Shown here: positions 1 through 13,360 of the stretch, one piece after another
Layout of the letters: each line of letters starts with the position of its first letter
How positions within the stretch are numbered: the stretch's first letter is position 1
From: the human T2T-CHM13v2.0 reference genome, Homo sapiens
Assembly: GCF_009914755.1 (NCBI RefSeq)
Contig: NC_060930.1
Length of the DNA stretch: 64,000 bases
Direction: 5' to 3' (one strand)
Notes under the pieces: generated by a model
What the model saw: the letters and a program-made list of their open reading frames with translations, nothing else
Database searches by the model: none
Told to the model about the DNA's origin: nothing
Program-made: the position numbers and the translations under genes

Positions 1-679
1 ATTTGCTTTGAAGTAAGGTTAATCTTAAACATTACCACTCCAGTTATTAAGCTGTTAACTGCTTTTTCATATCATTTAAAAAAATTTTCATGGAGACTCT
101 GAAATTCACTATCAATTGACACTACAAAATTTAGAGAATGGGATTTGCATTTCAATTATTATCTTATTCACCTGTGTATGATAATGCCTAGTTTTTAAGC
201 ACACATGGCCAGGAATCACACCAATTAAAGTGATATGGTTGATATTGTTTTTCATTGTCCTAACTGTGCTGATGCTTGCTCTACCTCATTAAGTAAGGTT
301 ACTGTGGAAAGAGGTATCTTCATGGCTAAGTTAGAGAAGAGCAGAGGAAACATCCTTGCCTCTGTGTCCTGATGCCCAGACGATACCTTCTTTTGTGAAG
401 CAGAAAACACATTGATCTAAGGCTGGGGCAGCAGTTTCATTGCTAACTGTGTGAATCACCACGGGACAGGTCTTTACTGTTAAGGTTCCCTCCATCTCTA
501 AACTCTGACAAGTCTTGGTCACTAGAAACACTTCTTCTTACTACTTCTTCAAGATGGAATTTAAGGAAGATGAGTCCTGTCGGCCTACCATATTTTATAA
601 AGATTAGAGGTGGTGTATATCAGTACCTAGAACCATATGTTTTAAAAATTATTAGTTACTATTATCTTACCATGCCAAA

Positions 680-1800
680 ATTACTCTCATGTCTCTCTTG
701 ACTTCTGGACTAATATGCAACTACCTTGCTACACTTACAATACATGTCTCATAAATTCATCAAATTCAACATCTCCAAAATGGAATGCTAAATATTTCTT
801 ACTCCCACCAGACCTCCACTTTTCTCTATGTTTCCAGCTTGACAAATGACACCAGTTGTCCAATATTGGAATCATCTGCAACATTTTTGATGCTCTCTGT
901 CATCATTTACATCCAATTGATCTCCAAATATTCTTCATCCTCCCTCTTAAATATCCATATATACATCTTTTCATCCTTATTTTCATACCTGTAGGCATTC
1001 TTATCTTATGTCTGATTTACCAAATTGGTGTTTCTTCCTTCAGTCTTGTGTCCCTCTAATCAATTCACCTTGGATGGAAAAAATATCATATCACTCTTCT
1101 GCCTGAAAATGTCTTTAATTAGCTGCCCTATCCTCTGTCAAGTTCAAACCTTTGAACATAGTTTGCAACATTTCCATTTAAGGGGGAGTCTCTATACTAG
1201 CAGTATCAGCATCATCTGGGACATTGTTAAAAATGTAGACTTTTCAATCCCACTGTGGAACCACTGAATTAACATGATAATAAGATTCCCAGGAAAGTCA
1301 ACTGCACATCAAAGTTTGAGATGCCCTGATGGACAAGGCTCTAATAATATGTCTTTCACTCACTCATTCAGTTAGTCCATTACAGCTCTCATGCAAGACT
1401 CCAGTCATATGCCATGATTTCCTGCTTCCTAAAGATGCTGTGCTTTCTTTTCTCCCTTTTCTGGGACTTTGCTGGAATATTTCTGTTCTGGCTAACTGCT
1501 ACCCTTCCTTGCATTCACATAGAGGTCATGTTTTTTGGAGAATGTTCTCTGAATTGTTAATACTGGATTAGCTGTCTCACTTATGTACTTCTCTGCCATC
1601 TTGTGTTTATGTGAAACACTGTAGTGTACCATCCTTCATTGTAATCAGCCCCTTACTTGTTTGATTGTATATATCAATGGACAGATAATTCCTTTAGGGA
1701 AGGAATTCTGTCCTGTTCTCCGTAATATCTTCACCACTCAACACACTGCCTGAAACATTGAGACACCAAACATTTGCTAAATAAATATATGAATAGAAGT
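680..1800 (+). mobile_element. Degenerate L2 LINE 3' part
   Basis: L2-like text (tctcataaattcatcaaattcaacatctccaaaatggaa...) ending in an L2-type tail (catttgctaaataaatatatgaat). Boundaries approximate. Confidence 0.65.
1165..1330. mobile_element. MER5A-like hAT-Charlie DNA element inside L2
   Basis: cagcatcatctgggacattgttaaaaatgtagac...gcacatcaaagtttgagatgccctg resembles MER5A. Confidence 0.6.
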
Positions 1801-3534
1801 TCAACTATTAGGCATTCTTTCTTTTCTCATACATCACTTACTACCTTATATATCATCAGAAGTAAAGGAAAACAAACAAACAAAAAAACCGAAATCTCTA
1901 GTCACAGCAAGGAGGTGGTATCCTCCACACACATCTGAGGAACATTAAAAATCTGCTGAAGTAAAACAAGCACGACTGTGGTGTCCCTGAGTATGGCTCA
2001 CAAATATGACCACATATAGGGCCAAAATAAGTGCTATCCTCAAACACTGGGAAAAATTAACCCCTTTAAAATTATTTGCATCTAAAATCATTTAGAAAGT
2101 GCTATTTAAATATTAGTGAATTTTGCTAGGGTACAAAGTAATCCTTAAGAATGTATCATTGACTAGGGACCCTAAATGTTGCTGATCTTTAAAGTTTAAG
2201 TCTACAGAGATTTCTTTATAAAAGGATAACTCTTTGTATTGTTTGTCTTACTGACTCTAGCACTGACTTGATGTGGCTCACTCACGTCTTGATCAAAGGA
2301 GCAAGTCATCCCCCTGTTCTTCCTTTCTAATCTGTTTCTGTTTGTTTCTAGATTAACAGGCTCTGAGGGCAAAAAGAATGACTCCAGGCTCCTAGTGTTT
2401 AAATAAAACATTTTAGGAGACTCTGCTTAGATAATTTCTTCTCAAATCTTATCCTTGAAGTGTTTGAGACTTATTCCTAATTTAAAATACTTTCTCTATT
2501 TTTCCCCAGATCTTCAGGGGGTGAATAACTCTTGCTATTTGCATTTCTTTGTCCTTATGAGGTTCTTTATATAACCATCCCCCGCTCCACTTTATGTCAT
2601 CTGTCTCCACAACTGTTCTCTATTTCTCTTTCTCAATCTCTTATTTCTAAAATTCTATGTGGTGGTATTATTACTGTAGTCTAATTTTAAAAATTAAAAC
2701 AGTTTTTCTGCAGTGCACCAGGCCAAAAGCCTTGAAATATATTAGAAAACATTGTACTGAACTTGGAATATAGTGAATAATGATGATCTAAAAAAGATAA
2801 TTTATGGTTTTTACCACCATCATTAAAGTTTTATACTACAAAGAGAATGCTTTCATATAGGTGTCTTAAAGTCATCAGACATAACTATATATATATTAAA
2901 AGAGTGTTTGCAATTGAGAAAAGGTCCTAATCTCTAGTTTTACCTCCTTATTAGATTTTTGGCTTTGTATTCATAAGGTGAAAAGTAGTTTAAAAGTGAG
3001 CAATTTAAAATACCCTCCCACCATTGCATGATCCTCCCAAATGTTAACTGGTCATATCAGACCTCGAATATGGTAGTTTTGGGTGTTTAAAGTAAAAAAA
3101 AAAATGACAAAAGTAGAAAAAACTTGTTCTAGATACCCACTTGTATGATCAGAAGAATTGTCTCATTTCTTTTACCTTCTTTTCTCTTACAAATTTAAAA
3201 CTTATATATTTTGTAACATGATTCTGCCTCAGGACATACAAGTTTGCCTTTGAATACATATTATTGAGACATTTATTTCTAATAAGTAAAACATCATTAT
3301 TAAAAGAAGCAATTTACTTTTCAATGCCTTGTTCAAGGGCATTTGAGAAAGCACAATGGAAAATTCTCACTAAATTAAAGCCATATTAAATTTTAAGTTT
3401 CCCCAAACTAATCAAAGAGAAGAAAGGGAAAAAGCTCTTTTACACACAATTGCTGGTTTCTTTAAACCTGGAATATCATAATTGACCTAACAACATTCCT
3501 TTGAAGAAAACTGGAGTCCAAGTCCTTTACGTGT

Positions 3535-3581
3535 ATACATATACACATAAAGACCATTAGAGTCTTTATGTGTATATGTAT
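3535..3581. repeat. Perfect 20-bp inverted repeat (7-nt loop)
   Basis: ATACATATACACATAAAGAC (3535-3554) and GTCTTTATGTGTATATGTAT (3562-3581) are exact reverse complements. Confidence 0.95.
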
Positions 3582-4100
3582 TTATTTACTCTACCTCCAT
3601 CCTAACTGAGAGTCTTAACTATAGGTGTTGGGATTATAAACCACCAAAGACAGTGAAAAGCAAGGAAGGTGGAGTCAGAAGACCCAGACTGCAGTTGTAT
3701 TTCTGGTACTCCCCAGCTTTAGTTTCCTCATCCATCATATTTAGTAAAAAACAAAAGGATTATTAAACGTGTCTGCTCTAACTCTTGTGTTTTTTAAGAG
3801 CATTTAAAAGCGATAATTTATATGACTCAAGGAAAATAGCAACATCAAAAGAATTTTCATGAGAAATAAAAGAATACAACTTTGGTAGGTCAGAGTAGGA
3901 AGTGAAGATAAAACACAACTCTGTTATCTTGAAGAGTAAGGCACTATGATAGAAATGCTGGTTATTTAAACACTGAAAGTGTCTATTTATAAAAGGAATA
4001 GGATTAAGAGCAATTAATATAAATCTTTGCAAATTAAAACAAGGGAGGAAATGGGGAAAATGATGGTAGAAGAGTTTTTCTTGGATGTGTGAGTTAGTAC

Positions 4101-4937
4101 CTCCCATGGTTGAAAGGCGTTGGGGTTCTGACAGTCACGAGCTTGACACAGATCCCGAATGGCATAACCAAGGGCAAACACTGCAAGCTGAATACTATGA
4201 ATGAGTCCTGGCTCAGCATAGTCCCAGAGGAAGTCATTTCTCATGACGAAGTTCCTTTCTATAGCCTTGTTAGCCTTGTAGGCCAAAGTCCTTTGAGAAT
4301 GATTGAATATGCATTGACTCAAATCAGTGTCCTTGACATATGCGCAGGCAGATAAATGCATGGCATATTCATGTAAGAGTTTGTGACTGTCACTGGGAAG
4401 CAAGTGCAGATTTTGAAGAAAGGAATGGAAAGAGGATATATTCCCTCTTCTAAAGGCAAACCCTACAACTTTGCCAATCTTTTTAACATTAGGAATGGTG
4501 GTAATCTTGGTGGCAGTTGACCAATTATCACTAGCAATCCACATCTTATTTATATTCATTTCAATGGCTTTATTGAAGAGATCAAAAACATGGAATTGCC
4601 TCAGAAATACCACAATGACATTAACCTGGGCTTCTAAAATGATTTTCTTCAGTGTCCGATTGATTCTGACTTCAATGGTATTATCTGAAAGAAAGGCTGG
4701 AAGAACCTCTTTGAAGGCTATGCACACGTTATTTGCTTCAGCCTGAATTATAAAAGTGTTAAGAGCCAATCGTCCATAGTCATCATCTGTGGTTATGATG
4801 CCAATCCAGTTCCAACCAGATTTCTGAATCAGGTGAGCCATTGCTTTAATTTGATGGAAGTCACTGGGCACAGTCCGTAAAAATGAAGGAAAGCGAATTT
4901 TGTCACTCAGGATTTCTGCAGTTGATTCATAACCCAC
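4101..4937 (-). CDS. GPRC6A: GPRC6A coding exon 3 (aa 167-445)
   Basis: Acceptor tttccag|GTG and donor GAG|GTACTA; 837 nt, phase 0. Contains the class C motifs FPSFLRTVPSD, GWNWIG, DDDYG, WIASDNWS and QPWE. Confidence 0.98.
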
Positions 4938-5380
4938 CTGGAAATAGACAGAATATTTTAGTTATGGTGTTGATGAACTCCAGGTAACTGTTCACAGTAG
5001 GTGTTCCTTTCTTTGATTGCTGTAAATTTTCATGACTTTCCTTAAATTCTCTAGTCTTTTTCATCCTTCTCCTTACTTAGCCCCTGATGATGGTTTAGAA
5101 TCATGGCTTTCTAATTATTTCATATTTTGTTTAGTATAGGCCCTCTGAGAATTCAGGCTGTATCTCATTTTCCATTTACACGTCTATATTCTTCTATATT
5201 TATCTTATATCTTTGGCCAGGGGCCAAGGGTGGATATTATTTAAATACTTAGAGGTAAATGCGGTCCATCATATAAGCAAAATGCAGTTTGGAACATCAG
5301 TGTGTGCAAAATCTTGTCTAATTCATAATTTGGGTAATTTTATTCTAGGTAAAGTTAATCAGTCAAATAATCATCTTGTC

Positions 5381-5569
5381 CAGGGGTCAACAAAATTTTC
5401 CTGTAAAGAACGAGATATAAAATATTTTAAGCTTTTTGGTCATATATAGTCTCTGTCATATCTATTTTTTTGTTACAACCTTTTAGAAATGTAAAAACTA
5501 TTTTTAGCCTGAAAGCTCAAGAGCATGAGAACCACATTTGGTCCGCAGGCTGTGATTTTCTGACTCCTG
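5381..5569. mobile_element. MER58A-like DNA transposon
   Basis: Starts caggggtcaacaaaattttcctgtaaag and ends tttctgactcctg (TIR-like). Confidence 0.65.
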
Positions 5570-7044
5570 ATGAAGTCAAATAAATATCAGCATTTTTGGA
5601 AGACCTACTTAATGTACACAAAGTTTTGCCTGATTCATAGCTTTGGTGAATTATTACCTTCTATAGATGCAATAGTAACATGTCACTTGCTCAGTATTTC
5701 TTTTTCTTTTTCTTTTCTTTCGTTCCTTCTTTTTTTTTTTTAACTACTTACAGCTGCCATGTGGTGTGATGGAAAGACAATAGGCTTGGGAACCAGATAA
5801 ACTGTTAGAATCCCAACTCCAATAAATTTGGGAACGTTATTTAATGTTTCTTTACTGTAAAGTTATAAGATTCTTGCTAAGATTAAAGGAGAAAATTTAA
5901 ATAGATGCGAGCACATGGTGGACTTTCAGTAAACCTAAGTTCCCTTCCAAGTACCTGATGTTGCTATGCTCAGCCACATTGTTAAGAGCTGAGCTTTCTT
6001 AAAATTAGTGTTACCCATAGAATGTCCCCTTACCTTTTCTGCCGTCTATTACAGAAATTGCATTTTTGCATTAGCCAGTTGTTGTTAAAAAAGTCTGCTT
6101 TCCTTACGTATCACCTAACTAGTATCATACATAGTCTAGAAATTTTAAGCCAAAGCCTTATCTTTGATGTATTTGATAAATAGTTCTTTTTGTTTAATCG
6201 TTTTGGATTAAATTTTTTATTACCGATGTCACTAGGCTATAATATAATGGAATGCTAATAGTCTTTATTTGTATATGTATTTATTTACTCTACCTCCAAA
6301 ATGTTATATATTTTGAATTCTTATACACATTCATTATGTTATATATATTTTCTGTCTGCTCACTTCTATCAGATGGTCATTTCTTTATCATCTGAATATA
6401 AGCCTTTTTCTTTTCTAACTTTTGGCTTCTCTTCTTCCTTAAGATTAGAAATCAGTGACGTAGAGAGTTACAAAGTAGTGTGATTTCAAAATGAAAGCCA
6501 AAGAGACTTAATTGACTCTGAGTAATGTTCAATAACTTAGTACACAGTGCTGTGATATCTGATTTTTTTTTTCAGAGATCTTTTTGCTTATTTTCTGGTT
6601 ATTGGCTTGCATTCCAGGGAAATAAATAGTTCTACAGTCTTTGCTCAAAGCCTTCCCATCATATTCAGAACAACATGCAAACCGTCCCAGGGCTTACAAG
6701 ATGCTACATGACCCAGGCTTTGCCTGTCTCTACAAAAGCATCTCTTACTATGTTTCCTTTTGCTTCAGCTGATCTAGCCAGATTGGCCTTTTTGCTATTC
6801 TTTGGGCATTCCAACTCTGCACTTGCTGCTTTCTCAGATACTAGACCTGATAGACTGAGGGGTAATTACTCCCTTAGTACTTTTTCACTATACTCTCTGT
6901 AATGGTGTGCATCCTTTCTTTAACTAAAGAGAAAGAAAAGTTAAAGTAAAAGTGACTCCCTAACTAGTTTCCTCAGGTTTCCCTGATCCTTTCATAATAA
7001 CAAATGTGATCAAAAGCAATGTTTGGAGGTAGCACAAAACCTAC

Positions 7045-7348
7045 CTGTGGCATGAGCTGTAAATTCAACATCCTGGAGACAGCCATAGTTATTTCTGAGT
7101 ACCCAGAACCTCTGACAGCCTTAACTCTTGGCATGTAGCTGGAATAGTCACACTTAAACTCCACAGTTTCTCTGGAGCAGTTGAATTTAGAAAGAAACCT
7201 CAGAGTGGCTGCCATTGCCACTGTGACTTCTGTACAAGTGTCATAGATTTCATACCCCAGTTTGACTCCAGATAAGAGTGTTGAATTGTTGATCATCTCA
7301 ATGCTGTGTATCATGGCAAGAGTTTGAAGAAAAACTGATATTTCAAAG
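7045..7348 (-). CDS. GPRC6A: GPRC6A coding exon 2 (aa 65-166)
   Basis: Acceptor ttcccaacag|C and donor CAG|GTAGGT. The 304 nt restore the frame with exon 1 (498 nt total). Encodes FEISVFLQTLAMIHSIEMINNSTLLSGVKLGYEIYDTC...LMPQ. Confidence 0.98.
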
Positions 7349-8016
7349 CTGTTGGGAAACAAGTATTTTTTGAAATCAGAACATAACTCTTCTATGGACA
7401 TGGCTGTATCTCATTTTGCCTACATCTCCTCATAGCAATTTCTGGATGAGTGAAGCTTATCTCTTAAATGATCTAAATTTTATTTAAAAACAATTTTTCA
7501 TGATAATATTTATGAAGGGTAATATAAGAACCCACAGTTTCTTAAAAGGAGTCTATGCTACAGGATTTAACCTTTTCTTGGTGAATTTTTTGATCATTTT
7601 GAACACTGCAATATGAAGATGTGTTTGATTTTTGTTCCTTTTTGTAGTTAGAGATCAGCATTTTATTGCTGTCAAAATGCTTGCTTTTTAGACTCATAAG
7701 CCTGTCTTTTAGTTTTCTGATTCTAGTCTGTGTGATTGGAAACCAGATAAATAAGACTCTTAAGAATTACATTTAAACAGCTTTGGTTAAAGCTTAACAG
7801 CCTGCTCCTAGATAAAGTGTCTTATTTTAGTTCTGAGACATAGCTATTTCCACATTCAGAGTACATTTTTTATACATCTTGATTTGTGATTATTCCAGAG
7901 CACTGAGTTGTCTGATTACAGATTTACTGTTAAGTTTATTTCATCCACCACTATATACAAGTTATTACAAATAGTGCCTAATATATAATAAGGGTTCAAT
8001 ACACATTTTTAAAATG

Positions 8017-8458
8017 AATAAAGGGGGATATTATTGTTCAGGGTTTGATATTCTAGTTTCTTTTTAGTTCATTAAGTTTTGATAATTAAGCTATTTGAAT
8101 ATTACTATTTGTCATTGTGAACCATGTTTAGATGGTTCTATCTCTACAAATGCATCTCTTACTATGTTTCCTTCTGCTTCACTGATATAGCCAGATTAAA
8201 TTTTTTGCTATTCTTTGGACATTCCAATTTTGCACTTGTTGCTTCTTGGCCAGATACTCTTCTCCCCTCCCTAAAAGAATAAAGTAAATAATAATAAAAA
8301 TATATTAGTAAGTTAAACTATTTGAAGATTACTATTTGTCATTGTGAACCATGGCTTGCAATGACAAATAGTAATATTCAAATAGCTTAATTTATCAAAA
8401 CATAATGAACTAAAAAGAAAGTATATCAAAACCCTGAACAATAATATCCCTCTTTATT
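8017..8458. repeat. ~100-bp inverted repeat with internal duplicated segments
   Basis: 8017-8117 is the reverse complement of 8359-8458 with few mismatches. 8086-8126 is directly repeated at 8313-8353, and 8138-8258 is a copy of 6724-6842. Confidence 0.9.
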
Positions 8459-10240
8459 AAAATTTTAAATTTAATTAAGAAATTTTAATTTAATTAAAAT
8501 TTTAATTTTAACATTACAATTTCAATTAAAAAAGAGAAGTAAGCCCAGCTCATCATTGGCACAACCAACATTAGCCAGCACCACTCAGGACTTAGAGGGT
8601 CATCCTGTCACTGCCGTTGCCATCATGCATGCCACACAAGTGTCCCAAGAACCCAAGAAATCACCAACCTGCTGGTTCCATGGCTTCCACTATCAGTATT
8701 TGAGTAAGGCACCTGGAGGCCCAAGAATTGGCCTGGTTTGACCTAACACTGGTGCCAGTGTATACTGCCCTGGGACACAATGATGGGCATACTTAGCCCA
8801 TTGCTAACACCACTTGGGCTCAGAGACTGGCTTACTTGGCATCCCAGTCACCAGCAAAACTGCATCATAGCTCCCATTAATAACTGTACCTAGGCCACTG
8901 AGGAAATGTCAGATGGCACTTATGCCAGTCATGGCCAAAAAAATCAAAGAAACTACACTACTACTGCAACCAGAATAAAAGCCAAAGGACCCTGCCCAAC
9001 CAACACTATCTATTCATCCTTAGGAAACATTCTCCCCCTACAAAAACAAATTTTTAAAAATTGGAAGAAGCAACTGAAACATCAGATGTATATATATTAA
9101 CATAAGAACACAGGAAACATGAAAAAGCCAGGAAAATGACACTTTTAAAGGAAGATATACTATCATACTGGTCTTTAAGAAAAAAAATGTAAATAAATTT
9201 TTTAAAAAAGGAACACAATAATTCTCCAGAAACAGATCTCAATCAAAAAGCAATTAATGAAATTCCAGAAAAAGAATCCAAATTAGATTCTAAAGAAGGA
9301 TAGTGAGATACAAGATAATTCTGAAAAACAATACAAAGAAATCTGAAAAACAATTCAGGATATGAATGAGAAGTTTACCAAAGACATAGATGTCATAAAA
9401 GAATCAAACAGAAATTCTGCAACTGAACAATTCATTGAATGAACAACATAACACATTTGAAAGCTTCAACAATAGATTAGTTCAAGCAGACAAAAGAACC
9501 TCTGAACCTGAAGACAGTTCAGGTTCAACTTTTGAAATAACCCAGCCATGAAAATATAAAGGAAAAAAAAAGAATTAAAAAAAGCTAAACAAAGCCTTCA
9601 TGGTATATGGAACACCATGAAGTGACCAAATATACAAATTATTGATATCCCAGAAGGTAAAGAGATATTGAAATAGTTAAACATATATAACAAAATAATA
9701 GATAAAAACTTTCCACATCCAGCAAGAGGTTTAGACATCCAGATACAGGAGGCCCAGCAATCCCTAAACAGATACAATGCACAAATTCTCCACAGCACAT
9801 TATAGTCAAAATGTCTAAAGTCAATGACAAAGAGAGAATTCTAAAAACAGTGAGAAAAGAATTTAGTCACCTCTAAAGGAAATCCCATTATACTAACAGA
9901 GGATATCTCAGCAGAAACCTTATAGGCCAGAAGAGAATGAGATGATATATTTAAAGTGTTGAGGAAAAAACCCTGCCAGCCAAGGATACTATATCCAGAA
10001 AACTTATCCTTCATAAATAGAGGAGAAATAAAGTTGTTCCTAGAGAAGCAAAAGCGGAGGGAATTCAGCACCACTAGACTGGCCCTAAAATGCTCAAGGG
10101 AGTTCTATACTTGGAAGTGAAATGATGATGCTTATCATGGTGAAAACACAAGAAAGTGTAAAACAATGGTAAAAAAGAGGAAGGACTCAAATGATACTAC
10201 TATAGATATTCATCTACCAAACCACAATGACAAAAAATGA

Positions 10241-12499
<2,259 letters not shown>

Positions 12500-12931
12500 A
12501 AGAGATATAGACTGGCTGTATAAATAAAAAAAGCATGATCCAATTATATGCAACTTACAAGAAATGCACTTTACATATAAAAGCACATATAGACTGAAAG
12601 TAAAGGGATAGAAAAAGATATCTCATGCAAACAAAAACCAAAAGTGAGCAGAAGTAGCTATATTTATACCAGATAAAACACACTGTAAGCCAAACATAGT
12701 AGAAAAAGTAAAAGAAGGTCATTATATAATGATAAGGAATCTTTCCAGGAAGAGGAAATAATTTAAAATTTATATGCAACCAACACTGAAGCACCCAGAT
12801 TCATAAAGCAAAAATTACCAGATCTAAAAAGAAAGAGACTGCAATACAATAATAGTGGAAAACTTTGACACCCTAATGAGCATTAGGTGGATCATCTAGA
12901 CAGAAAATTGGCAAAAATATAACAAACTTAC

Positions 12932-13360
<429 letters not shown>

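Noticed and set aside
6973-7401. 142-aa ORF starting MSIEELC as a standalone gene or alternative first exon
   Set aside because: It is exon 2 plus chance open intronic flanks. Canonical splice sites at 7348 and 7045 explain it, and there is no promoter evidence.
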